Assembly: GCA_015522145.1 (NCBI GenBank)
Contig: WAMV01000010.1
Span: 1-23,276, forward strand
Direction: 5' to 3'
DNA: 23,276 nucleotides
Source of the DNA: Candidatus Aenigmatarchaeota archaeon
Lineage (GTDB): Archaea > Aenigmatarchaeota > Aenigmatarchaeia > CG10238-14 > WAMV01
Both the position numbers and the translations under genes were made by a program. Under the pieces are notes generated by a model, which was not told where the DNA came from, ran no database searches, and saw only the letters and a list, made by a program, of their open reading frames with translations. Numbering within the stretch: position 1 is the first letter of the stretch; each line of letters begins with the position of its first letter. Shown piece after piece: positions 1 to 10,187 of this stretch.

Positions 1-1104
<1,104 letters not shown>

Positions 1105-1108
<4 letters not shown>

Positions 1109-1428
1109 TCCCTTACTATTCTAGCGTTTCTAGGAGCTATTATGAGATAACCTTCTTCCACACCCACCACATCCCAGCCATAGTTTCTGGCCAATCTTTG
1201 TATTTTTTGAATGGATGCTTGAAATTCAGCAAAATCTCTTCTCTGTATATCTTTTGCCTTAACAAAAGCTATGTGCCCAGTTTTAACATCTCTCTCTATA
1301 GCATCAACATCCGCTATACTATCAAGTCTGTGAACCTTAACTAGAACCTGGGGCCTTTCTTCTGGTTTGTGCTGAAGCTCGACCACTTCCTCTTCTTTGG
1401 AGAACAATTTTTTCAGCTTATCAAACAT
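1105..1428 (-). CDS. sepF: Cell division protein SepF
   Basis: N-terminal amphipathic helix (MFDKLKKLF) and a SepF-like core ending GYLIIAP; 107 aa. Confidence 0.85.
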
Positions 1429-1440
1429 AAAAACAATTTT

Positions 1441-1935
1441 TTATTCCAAATATATATTCTTTTTAAGCTTCTGTCTGTTTTCCAGAAATTCAAGATGGTC
1501 AGCAGCATTTTTTAGGCTACTTGATAAAGCCTTCTTTACTGTAAACAACACAACTTCAACACCATGTTCTTTAGCTTTTTGTATGACAGGTAAGAAATCT
1601 GTGTCTCTTGTTGCCAAGCCTAAATAATCTAAGTTTTTCGTGAGAACAGCTTCTATTGAGTGAACAGCCAGTGTAACATCAACATCGTTTTTTTCTTCCT
1701 CATTCTCGCCCAAAACCATGACAACTTCATAACCTTCATTTATAACAGCCTCTATAAGCTTTGTGGGAGCGAACTGATTAAGAAAAACCTTGGCTATGGT
1801 TATTCTGCCATACTTTTCTGCTCTTTTTCTCAATTCCCTTAAATCTATCATAAACTCCTTTCTAAGCAAATTTGGACCGTCTACAAAAACCCCTATCTTT
1901 TTTTCTGGAGAAGTTTTGTTAGCTTTTCCACACAA
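1441..1935 (-). CDS. NYN-domain protein (TIGR00288/LabA-DUF88 family), putative ribonuclease
   Basis: Motifs VFVDGPNLLRKEF, DVDV, ATRDTDFLP and LKNAAD. Start placed at the TTG at 1935, 5 nt after GGAAGGTGA (SD-like); the start is uncertain. Confidence 0.85.
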   Translation of the reverse strand: MCGKANKTSPEKKIGVFVDGPNLLRKEFMIDLRELRKRAEKYGRITIAKVFLNQFAPTKLIEAVINEGYEVVMVLGENEEEKNDVDVTLAVHSIEAVLTKNLDYLGLATRDTDFLPVIQKAKEHGVEVVLFTVKKALSSSLKNAADHLEFLENRQKLKKNIYLE

Positions 1936-2557
1936 AGTTCTCACCTTCCACACTTGAAGCAAAACCTATAAGCTTAATACTTTCGTTTGTCTTTAAAAAT
2001 ATTCCCTCATAGCCCTTAATAACTATGTTCTTGCCATTCAAGGGCTGAATAGCTTGTGTACCTGTATGATTTATCTGGCCGAAGGCATTTGTTAAAATAA
2101 TTTCATCAGCCACCACTTTTGTGAGAGAAAGTCTCTCTACATTACTCAATATTATTGAACCACCATCAAATAACACGTTCAGGGAGTTTATGTTTAGCGA
2201 GGTTTGTTCAAGTACAAGCTCATAGTCGCTAGAGATCAACAATTTGCCATTAACTTTTGGGGCAAAAATTTTACATTTACCAGCTATATCACCACTCCCT
2301 AAAGATAGATAGCAGCTTGCCTGACTTGAGAGACTGCTGTTCACTATTTCAAACTCTTGATTTTTTAATGCTTTAGAATCAACAATCAAACTTATTCCAA
2401 ACTTAGGACCTGTCTCTTCTGGAAATAAATAGTAAAATAGGCCCGATACTGAAAACGGTGCTTCCAGATTCAAACCAAAGTTATTCAAGTAAGGAAAAGC
2501 AACGATAAGAAATATCATAACCAGCAGCACAGATGCTAAAACAGGCTTCCATTTCAT
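1919..2557 (-). CDS. Hypothetical membrane-anchored or secreted beta-rich protein
   Basis: 212-aa ORF with a basic N-terminus followed by a hydrophobic helix; no family recognised. Confidence 0.65.
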   Translation of the reverse strand: MKWKPVLASVLLVMIFLIVAFPYLNNFGLNLEAPFSVSGLFYYLFPEETGPKFGISLIVDSKALKNQEFEIVNSSLSSQASCYLSLGSGDIAGKCKIFAPKVNGKLLISSDYELVLEQTSLNINSLNVLFDGGSIILSNVERLSLTKVVADEIILTNAFGQINHTGTQAIQPLNGKNIVIKGYEGIFLKTNESIKLIGFASSVEGENFVWKS

Positions 2558-2594
2558 TAATTAATTTTTAAAGACATAACAATAAATTATTTGT

Positions 2595-3785
2595 ATGAAT
2601 ACCATATTTCTCCAATTTGGCAACGATTGGGTTTCCAACATATTATGGTTCTTAGTGTTTTTTGTTTTCATATTCTTTTATCCACGCATTCTAATAGCTC
2701 AAATAATGTTCAGACTAGAATCTTCTTTGCGCTTTATAGAAGGATTAAGAAACAAAAGCAAGCAAGTTATTCTCAGAAGAATAAGAAACCCTTCTCAACA
2801 CGCTAGGAAAAGAATATCGGAGTTTTTAGATTTTTTTGTTATAGGACCAGTCTCGTTAGACCCATTTGGCATCATCAAAAAAATAGAGCATATATCCGAG
2901 AGGGCTGAAGAATATATGAAGAATTTTGTGGAAGAGATTGCGCCTAAGTCTGATGAGGAAGAGAAGCAAAACATTATGATGGGATTAAGTGCGGCTATGG
3001 CTTTACATTACCTAGCCAAATATCTCCGCCACTACATAGAGTTGATAAAGAAGACCAAAAATTTCCAGCTGGGTTTGTTAATTCAAATGCAACTCCCCCA
3101 AATCGAAAAAGTTTCTAAAGCTTTGTATAGGGCGACAGAAGCTTTAGCTAATGGATGGCCCATAGGCGACTCCATAGGCCCATTTATAGTAACACATTAT
3201 TTCTCAACTAAGCCTAAAGAAATCGAAAAAGATACTCTTATAACGGTCAGGAAAATGTTTGGTAAGCAGGTTGTTTTTATGAGGGCTAAAGGCCCTGGTG
3301 GCAGACTTGGAAAGCTTGGCAAGGCAGCGCTTAAAGCAATCAAGAAGTATAAAATCAAAAAGATAATAACAATAGATGCAGCAGCTAAGCTTGAAGGAGA
3401 AGCTACAGGCAGCGTTGCTGAAGGGGTAGGTGTTGCAATAGGGGGTATAGGTGTTGACAAATCTTATATTGAAGAGATAGCCACCAAAAAAGGACTGGAA
3501 ATTGATTCCATTATAATAAAAATGTCTCCAGAAGAAGCTATTATGCCCATGCCATTAGAAGTTTTGAAGGCAACGCCTAATGTGCTAAACTTACTTGAGA
3601 AGAAAATAAAACAAAGTAAAGGAAACGTTTTAGTTATAGGCGTTGGTAATAGCTCAGGAATTCCATCAACTAGAAAAGATTTGGAAAAAGTGAAGAAGCT
3701 AATAACACGAAACGCCATTCTTATGAAAAGAATAGAAGAAAAAGAAAAAAGGCAAAGAAAAAGATTTTTTGATTTTGGTTTTTAG
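2595..3785 (+). CDS. DUF1512 family conserved archaeal membrane-anchored protein
   Basis: N-terminal TM; motifs PIGDSIGP, GPGGRLG, IDAAAKLEGE-x-TG, GVAIGG and GVGNS. Confidence 0.85.
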   Translation: MNTIFLQFGNDWVSNILWFLVFFVFIFFYPRILIAQIMFRLESSLRFIEGLRNKSKQVILRRIRNPSQHARKRISEFLDFFVIGPVSLDPFGIIKKIEHISERAEEYMKNFVEEIAPKSDEEEKQNIMMGLSAAMALHYLAKYLRHYIELIKKTKNFQLGLLIQMQLPQIEKVSKALYRATEALANGWPIGDSIGPFIVTHYFSTKPKEIEKDTLITVRKMFGKQVVFMRAKGPGGRLGKLGKAALKAIKKYKIKKIITIDAAAKLEGEATGSVAEGVGVAIGGIGVDKSYIEEIATKKGLEIDSIIIKMSPEEAIMPMPLEVLKATPNVLNLLEKKIKQSKGNVLVIGVGNSSGIPSTRKDLEKVKKLITRNAILMKRIEEKEKRQRKRFFDFGF

Positions 3786-3946
3786 AGGTCGTGACCTCTA
3801 ACTGTCTTTCTTCCATTGGCTTTTGCTCTCTTTACTGCATTTGCTATCAAGTCGGCTACTGCTTTATCTAATGCTTTGAAGAAATCTTCGCTTGCTCTCA
3901 TACCTTTTAACTTAGCTCTAACAGCGGATTTTACTATTAATGCCAT
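3782..3946 (-). CDS. Short archaeal histone-fold protein (alpha3-truncated, DUF1931/HTkC-like)
   Basis: Manual translation: MALIVKSAVRAKLKGMRASEDFFKALDKAVADLIANAVKRAKANGRKTVRGHDL (54 aa), with the histone R-K-T-V-x-x-x-D-L end and a strong SD. Below the ORF-track cutoff. Confidence 0.9.
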   Translation of the reverse strand: MALIVKSAVRAKLKGMRASEDFFKALDKAVADLIANAVKRAKANGRKTVRGHDL

Positions 3947-3950
3947 TTTT

Positions 3951-3956
3951 TCACCT
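3951..3956 (-). promoter_or_regulatory. Shine-Dalgarno site of the histone gene
   Basis: AGGTGA 4 nt upstream of the ATG at 3946. Confidence 0.75.
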
Positions 3957-3979
3957 AATTTTTAATACGGTTTTAATAT

Positions 3980-4720
3980 TTAAAAAACAAGGTTTTTTAA
4001 AGGAATCTCTAAAACTTCTGCTTCGGGTTCTATTATGTAAGCAACCATTTCTTTGATATCTACAGATTTTAGAATAGGTGATAAAAACTCTTGAGCTACA
4101 TTTATAGCATAACCCTCAGCTAAGGGTGATAGGGCCGGAATAACTATAATGGGTTTTCCATAAGCCTTTCCTTTTAGGAAGCACTTAAACTTGTGCTTAA
4201 CACCAAGTTCATCTCTTATTACAACAGAAGGATGCTCGTTAGCTATGATAATTTCTTTAACTTCTTTTCCAAATTCTTTCAAGCTAATTTCTTTGTGACC
4301 GTGCATGAATAAAATACCTTTCTCAAAATAATAGGGGTCATAAAAACCTATATCCATTTTTTTAAGTAAAGGTATTATGAAGTTATCGTGATTGCCTCTA
4401 ACCACTATAATCTCTAGCTTCCTGCTTTTTAGAAATTCTAAAAGATCTTTTGTTTCCTTCCATTCTTGCAAAGTGGCTTCTCCAAATTCATGCTTCAAAT
4501 CACCATTTATTATAATTTTTTGAGCGTCAACCATTTCTAACATCTCTTTAATTTGTTTTTTTATTTTGGGATATTGGGACTTTGGGATTTGTATTCCCTG
4601 CTTTTCTAGGGCAGCTTCGTATCCTATATGCAAGTCGGAAATAACCAGAGCTTTTATTTTTTCTACAAAAAGACCTGGTTTAGCATCAATTATTTTGAAT
4701 CCAGGCAATATTTCTTTCAT
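3980..4720 (-). CDS. Lhr-associated metallophosphoesterase (calcineurin-like, MPE)
   Basis: Motifs SDLHIG, GDLKH, GNHD, HGH and ANEHP; ATGA overlap with the lhr stop and a GGAGG SD. Confidence 0.85.
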   Translation of the reverse strand: MKEILPGFKIIDAKPGLFVEKIKALVISDLHIGYEAALEKQGIQIPKSQYPKIKKQIKEMLEMVDAQKIIINGDLKHEFGEATLQEWKETKDLLEFLKSRKLEIIVVRGNHDNFIIPLLKKMDIGFYDPYYFEKGILFMHGHKEISLKEFGKEVKEIIIANEHPSVVIRDELGVKHKFKCFLKGKAYGKPIIVIPALSPLAEGYAINVAQEFLSPILKSVDIKEMVAYIIEPEAEVLEIPLKNLVF

Positions 4721-7317
4721 TCAACCTCCCTCTTTATCTTATCGTACAACCTTTTCAATATTTCCTTTCTATCTTCCATAAGGACAACGTCTGTAAGACC
4801 TATAAGCACAATATTGTGTGCAAACGGAGAAGGCATTGGTAGGGAAGCCTCCACAACCTTAATCCTACCTTCTTCTATCCACCTTAAAACCTTTCTGGCA
4901 TTTTCTACATCCATATAGTCTTCCAACAACTCTCTGTATGTTTCTTTAATGATAGGAAAGTTATCTATTTCAGAAACAATTTTTATTAAAGTTTCAGCAC
5001 TGGTTTGCTGCTTACTTGCGCTTATTTCATAACCTTTGTAGTTTCTTAGTATCATCAACCCTCTATTGGCACAGTGTCTAAACCTTCTTTTCATGAGCTC
5101 GGTGTTTTTAACAGCCTCTTTTAAAATTTCTTCCAAATTTTTAGAGTTCACATAATTCAATGGGTTTAAAGACTTATCTACAGGCAATATCAAGCCAAAT
5201 CCATTATCACTTACCATAACACCCATATTTCTCCTAAGCTTTTTCCCAATTACATAAGCAAATGCTTTAGCTAAAGCTTCATTAACCTTGCGCCCAAAAA
5301 GTGTGTGCCATATTATATTTCTTCTTCCTTCTTCATCATAGAAATGTTCAACCAGAATGTGCTTATCGTCAGGCATTTGCTCAATATTGTTTTTCTTGAG
5401 AAACTTGTATTGTAGCAAAAAGTATTCGTAAATGCTGTTGGCTGTATTATCATCAGCGTGACATTTTTCTTTAATATATTCTGTTACTTTTTTCTTGTTA
5501 TGTATGTTTTGGAAAACAAATTTCCTAAACTTGGAAATTTCTAAAGCTAGGTCAAAACTTAAAGGTAACTGTTCACTAAACCAACTTGGTACAGTAGGTT
5601 TCTTATCAAAAGCTTTTTTCACTCTAACTCTTAAGCCTCTAGCTGAGACAAATTCATAAACCCTACCTCCCAGCACAAACCTGTCTCCTTTAACCAACCT
5701 TTCCAGAAAATCTTCTTCTAGATTTCCAACATATTTGCCGTTTTCATCATAAACCTTAACCATTACCTCATCTGGTATGGTTCCTATGTTTAAAGCATAA
5801 ATTACTCTAGCGTACTTGCCTCTTCTTCCAAATTCTTTGGTTTTCTCATCAAACCAAATTTTTCCATATATTTTATAATCTTCTAGCATGCTATAACCAC
5901 CAGACAAAAATCTTAACACTTCAACAAAATCTTCCATCTTCAAACTCCTGTAAGGGTAAGCTTGTTTAACTAGCCTGAAAGCTTCTTTTACCTTCCATTT
6001 TTTGTTTATGGCCATACCCAGCAAATGCTGAGCTAGTACATCCAAGCAGTTTTTCGGTATTTTTGTCTTGTCTAGATGATTTCTATAAGCTTCCTTTACC
6101 ATAACAGAAATCTCCACCATATCATCCAAATCTAACCCTATCATAACGCCTTTAGTTGTCTCATGCAAAGCATGCCCACTTCTTCCAATTCTCTGCAAGC
6201 ATCTTGTTACACTTTTTGGAGAGCCTATTTGCACTACTAAGTCAATGTAGCCAATATCTATACCCAGTTCCAAGCTTGTTGAACTGACAACTACTTTTAG
6301 CTTACCTTTTTTGAGTTTTTCCTCAACATCAAACCTTACATGCCTAGATAGGCTACCGTGATGAGCAGCTACACTTTCTATTTCTTCTTTGGGCATGAGC
6401 TGTTTAAGATGAAAAACAACCCTCTCTGTCCCGCTTCTCGTGTTTGTAAAAATTAGTGTGGTTCTGTGTTTCTTTATCAAATCTAACAAGGTTTTGTACA
6501 TTTCTTTATTCAATTTTTCTGCAGAAGTATGTACAACATCTTTTACAGGAGTGATGACTCTTATATCCTTATTTTTAATGAAACTTACATCAACAATCCA
6601 GCATCTTCTTTGCTTTAAGCTTTTATCGTAACCAACCAAAAATTTAGCTACTTCCTCTATTGGCGAAATAGTGGCAGAAAGCCCAATTCTAACTATTTTG
6701 TGATTAACCCAATACTGCAATCTTTCTAGACTTAAACTTAAATGAGTACCTCTTTTACTTTCAGCCAAACTATGTATTTCATCTACAATTATCCACTTAA
6801 CACTAAAAAGCTTCTCCCTGAATTTGGGTGCGTCCAGCATTATTGCTAAACTTTCTGGTGTTGTAATTAAAATGTGGGGTGGCTTTCTCAACATGTTTTG
6901 TTTTTTGCTTGCTGGCGTATCGCCAGTTCTTACAAGGTGTCTTATTTTTTCAATTTTTAGCCCTTTGTACTTGGCTAATTCATAAATCTCATTTAAAGGC
7001 TCTTCCAGATTTCTGTGTATATCGTTGTTAAGAGCTCTTAAAGGTGAGACATATATGCAGTAAACTTTATCTTCTAATTTTCCTTTTTTGGCCAGTCTGA
7101 AAAGTTTATCTATAATAGATATGAAGGCTGTAAGCGTTTTACCTGTTCCTGTAGGTGAAGAGACTAGCACATTTTTGTTTTTATGAATAAGAGGTATGGC
7201 ATAGGCTTGTGGAGGCGTTAAATCTTCAAACTTATTACTAAACCATTCTGCAATAATTTTATCCAGTAAAACCAAGACTTCTTTTTTGGTGTATTTTTTC
7301 TTTGCGTAGCGAATCAT
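4717..7317 (-). CDS. lhr: ATP-dependent SF2 helicase Lhr (Lhr-core)
   Basis: Motifs SPTGTGKT, SPLRALNND, TTPES, DEIH, SAT, HHGSL, SLELGIDIG and QRIGRSGH. Start moved to the ATG at 7317 (MIRYAKK). Confidence 0.93.
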   Translation of the reverse strand: MIRYAKKKYTKKEVLVLLDKIIAEWFSNKFEDLTPPQAYAIPLIHKNKNVLVSSPTGTGKTLTAFISIIDKLFRLAKKGKLEDKVYCIYVSPLRALNNDIHRNLEEPLNEIYELAKYKGLKIEKIRHLVRTGDTPASKKQNMLRKPPHILITTPESLAIMLDAPKFREKLFSVKWIIVDEIHSLAESKRGTHLSLSLERLQYWVNHKIVRIGLSATISPIEEVAKFLVGYDKSLKQRRCWIVDVSFIKNKDIRVITPVKDVVHTSAEKLNKEMYKTLLDLIKKHRTTLIFTNTRSGTERVVFHLKQLMPKEEIESVAAHHGSLSRHVRFDVEEKLKKGKLKVVVSSTSLELGIDIGYIDLVVQIGSPKSVTRCLQRIGRSGHALHETTKGVMIGLDLDDMVEISVMVKEAYRNHLDKTKIPKNCLDVLAQHLLGMAINKKWKVKEAFRLVKQAYPYRSLKMEDFVEVLRFLSGGYSMLEDYKIYGKIWFDEKTKEFGRRGKYARVIYALNIGTIPDEVMVKVYDENGKYVGNLEEDFLERLVKGDRFVLGGRVYEFVSARGLRVRVKKAFDKKPTVPSWFSEQLPLSFDLALEISKFRKFVFQNIHNKKKVTEYIKEKCHADDNTANSIYEYFLLQYKFLKKNNIEQMPDDKHILVEHFYDEEGRRNIIWHTLFGRKVNEALAKAFAYVIGKKLRRNMGVMVSDNGFGLILPVDKSLNPLNYVNSKNLEEILKEAVKNTELMKRRFRHCANRGLMILRNYKGYEISASKQQTSAETLIKIVSEIDNFPIIKETYRELLEDYMDVENARKVLRWIEEGRIKVVEASLPMPSPFAHNIVLIGLTDVVLMEDRKEILKRLYDKIKREVE

Positions 7318-7366
7318 GCGTATATTTTTAAGCTTTTTATACAATTTATTTTATTGTTTTAATAAC

Positions 7367-7371
7367 GGTGA
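7367..7371 (+). promoter_or_regulatory. Shine-Dalgarno site of rpl10e
   Basis: GGTGA 4 nt upstream of the ATG at 7376. Confidence 0.65.
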
Positions 7372-7375
7372 TTTT

Positions 7376-7900
7376 ATGGGTTTGAGGCCAGGAAGAACAA
7401 TGCGCAAGCTAGAAAGACCATATACTAGAATAAGCTACAGAAATCCCAGAAAGGGTTATGTAAAAGGAGTCCCCCAACCAAAAATAAGAATGTTTGAGAT
7501 GGGCAACAAAGAAGGAAACTTTGATACAGCGCTTTATTTAATTGCTAAAGAATCAGGCCAGATAAGGCATAATGCTTTAGAAGCCGCAAGAGTTACAGCT
7601 AACAAGTTTTTGGAAAAAAAGTTGGGCAGCTCCAATTATTTCCTAAAAATTTTAGTTTATCCACATCAAGTTATTAGGGAAAAGCCCATAGCTATGGGTG
7701 CTGGAGCAGATAGATACAGCCAGGGTATGCGACTGGCCTTTGGTAAGCCAGTGGGCACTGCAGCAAGAGTTTTTGTTAACCATAGAATAATGGTGGTTAA
7801 AACCAACAAACAAAATGTGGAGATTGCCAAACAAGCTTTAAAGAAGGCCGCAAGCAAAATTTCTGTGCCTTGTAGGATAGTTACGGAGGAAATTGGTTAG
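7376..7900 (+). CDS. rpl10e: 50S ribosomal protein uL16 (L10e)
   Basis: MGLRPGR, QIRHNALEAAR and GAGADRYSQGMRLAFGKP; start at the ATG at 7376. Confidence 0.97.
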   Translation: MGLRPGRTMRKLERPYTRISYRNPRKGYVKGVPQPKIRMFEMGNKEGNFDTALYLIAKESGQIRHNALEAARVTANKFLEKKLGSSNYFLKILVYPHQVIREKPIAMGAGADRYSQGMRLAFGKPVGTAARVFVNHRIMVVKTNKQNVEIAKQALKKAASKISVPCRIVTEEIG

Positions 7901-7931
7901 TTTATTAATTACTTTAACAAAATAATTTTAT

Positions 7932-10187
7932 ATGCAACCCTTTGTTGTATGGTTGGATCAGGTAAGCAAGGATGATTTGCTTTTGGTTGGTGGGAAGGGA
8001 GCGAATCTTGGTGAAATGATAAAACTTGGTTTGCCTGTACCGCTTGGCTTTGCTGTAACTACTTTTGCTTTTGATAAGTTTCTTGAATCCAATGGCCTGG
8101 ACGTTAAAATTTGGAAGATGATCAAAGAGTGTGATGTTGAGAATACTCAGGAACTCTTGCAGGTCAGTAATAAGATTAAGCAAATGATTTTAGCTAGTGA
8201 TATACCAGCTCCGATAAAAAATTCCATAATAGATGCATACAATAAACTTTCCTACACTTTTCTCAAAATTCCAGAAAAAATAGCTAGCTTAGTTAAGATG
8301 CGCGGCCCAACTTTGGTTGCTGTAAGAAGCAGTGCTACAGCTGAAGATTTGCCTACAGCAAGCTTTGCGGGCCAGCAGGCAACTTTTCTGAACGTTAAAG
8401 GAGAAACTCAACTTATTGAAGCGATAAAAAAATGTTGGGCAAGTTTGTTCGAGCCAAGGGCCATATATTACAGAGCTAAGAATAATATTAGCAAAGCCAG
8501 CATAAGCGTTATCGTGCAAAAAATGGTGAACAGCGATGCTAGTGGTGTGATGTTTACAGTAGATCCTGTTACAGGAGAAGATTTCATAGTTATAGAAGCT
8601 ACTTGGGGTTTGGGCGAAACTTTGGTAGGAGGGGAAGTAGAACCAGACTTTTACAAAGTTGATAAAAATTCTTACGATATAGTTGAGAAGAAAATTGGAA
8701 GAAAGGAAATAATGAGAATAAGAGATTACAAAAGTGATTCAACTATTGTTGTGCAAGTACCTGATGAGCTTGTAGAAAAGCAAGTGCTCAAAGAGGAGCA
8801 AATAAAAGAGCTTGCTAAATACGGTGTAATTTTGGAAAAGCATTATAAAAGACCTCAGGATATTGAATTTGCTGTAGAAAGGGGCAAGGTTTATATTGTG
8901 CAAACAAGAGCAATAACTGCAGTTGGTAAAAAAGAAGAAGTTAAGATTGAGGGAAAGGTTTTGCTTAAGGGAATTCCTGCTTCACCAGGCATAGCAACCG
9001 GTAAAGTAAAAATAGTTCATGGTTTGCAAGATATAACAAAAGTTGAACCTGGTGATATTCTAGTAACTAAAATGACTTCTCCAGACTTAGTGCCTACAAT
9101 GAGTAAAGCAGCAGCCATAGTTACTGATGAAGGGGGCAGAACAAGTCATGCAGCTATAGTAAGTAGGGAAATGGGAATTCCCTGTGTAGTTGGTACAAAA
9201 GAAGCAACTAAAATATTGAAGGACGGTATGCTAATTACAGTTGATGCTTACAACGGGATAATATATGAAGGCAAGCAAGAAATAGAAGTTAAGCAAGAAA
9301 AGTTTGAAGCAATTGAAACAAAAACAAAAGTTAAAGTTAACTTAGTTTTTGCACCAAAAAACATAGAGGAAATTGCTAAAGCTGCTGATGGTGTTGGTTT
9401 GCTAAGAATAGAGCATATGATTACTCAGTTTGGTGTGCATCCAGCTAAGCTTATAAAAGAAGGTAGAACGCAAGAATATGTTGATTTGTTAGTTAGAGGC
9501 ATAGAACCAATAGCTAAAGCCTTCCATCCTAAGCCCGTTTGGGTAAGAACGCTAGATGCAAGAACAGATGAGTTTAGAAATTTGGAAGGAGGGCAGGAAG
9601 AGCCTCATGAAGCCAATCCAATGCTAGGATGGCATGGTATAAGACGTAGCTTAGATGAGCCAGAATTGCTTAAGGCAGAATTCTTAGCTGTTAAGAAATT
9701 GCATGAAAAAGGTTATGATAATGTAGAAGTTATGTTACCATTTGTAATAAATGTTGAGGAATTTGAGAAAGCTAAAGAAATCGCTAGAGAAGTTGGTTAT
9801 GATGGTAAACTTGGCATTATGGTTGAGACGCCAGCAGCAGCTTTAAACATAGAGGAATTTTGCAAAGCAGGCATAAGCTTTGCTTCTATAGGTAGTAATG
9901 ATTTAACAATGCTAACTTTGGGAATAGATAGGAATAATGAAAAAATAGCAAGTCTTTACTATGAGCTTCACCCTGCCGTGCTAAAGCTGATAAGCAATGT
10001 TATTAAGGTTTGTAATAAATATGGTGTTGAAAGTTCTATTTGTGGGGAAGCTCCAAGCAACTATCCAGAAATGATAGAATTTTTAGTTAAAGAAGGTATT
10101 GGTAGCATCTCTGTAAACATAGATGCTTTACAAAGAGTTAAGAAGCAAGTAAAAGAATTAGAAGCTAAGCAGGAAAGTTCTGTTTAA
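7932..10187 (+). CDS. ppsA: Phosphoenolpyruvate synthase (pyruvate, water dikinase)
   Basis: GGKGANLGE, VAVRSSATAEDLPTASFAGQQ, the phospho-His motif GGRTSHAAIVSRE, EANPMLGWHGIR, SIGSNDLT and ICGEA. Confidence 0.96.
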   Translation: MQPFVVWLDQVSKDDLLLVGGKGANLGEMIKLGLPVPLGFAVTTFAFDKFLESNGLDVKIWKMIKECDVENTQELLQVSNKIKQMILASDIPAPIKNSIIDAYNKLSYTFLKIPEKIASLVKMRGPTLVAVRSSATAEDLPTASFAGQQATFLNVKGETQLIEAIKKCWASLFEPRAIYYRAKNNISKASISVIVQKMVNSDASGVMFTVDPVTGEDFIVIEATWGLGETLVGGEVEPDFYKVDKNSYDIVEKKIGRKEIMRIRDYKSDSTIVVQVPDELVEKQVLKEEQIKELAKYGVILEKHYKRPQDIEFAVERGKVYIVQTRAITAVGKKEEVKIEGKVLLKGIPASPGIATGKVKIVHGLQDITKVEPGDILVTKMTSPDLVPTMSKAAAIVTDEGGRTSHAAIVSREMGIPCVVGTKEATKILKDGMLITVDAYNGIIYEGKQEIEVKQEKFEAIETKTKVKVNLVFAPKNIEEIAKAADGVGLLRIEHMITQFGVHPAKLIKEGRTQEYVDLLVRGIEPIAKAFHPKPVWVRTLDARTDEFRNLEGGQEEPHEANPMLGWHGIRRSLDEPELLKAEFLAVKKLHEKGYDNVEVMLPFVINVEEFEKAKEIAREVGYDGKLGIMVETPAAALNIEEFCKAGISFASIGSNDLTMLTLGIDRNNEKIASLYYELHPAVLKLISNVIKVCNKYGVESSICGEAPSNYPEMIEFLVKEGIGSISVNIDALQRVKKQVKELEAKQESSV

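Noticed and set aside
7316..7375. Track N-terminal extensions of rpl10e (7316) and lhr (7344), and likewise tatD (22653)
   Set aside because: They would overlap neighbouring genes; the downstream ATGs match family N-termini, SD position or ATGA coupling.
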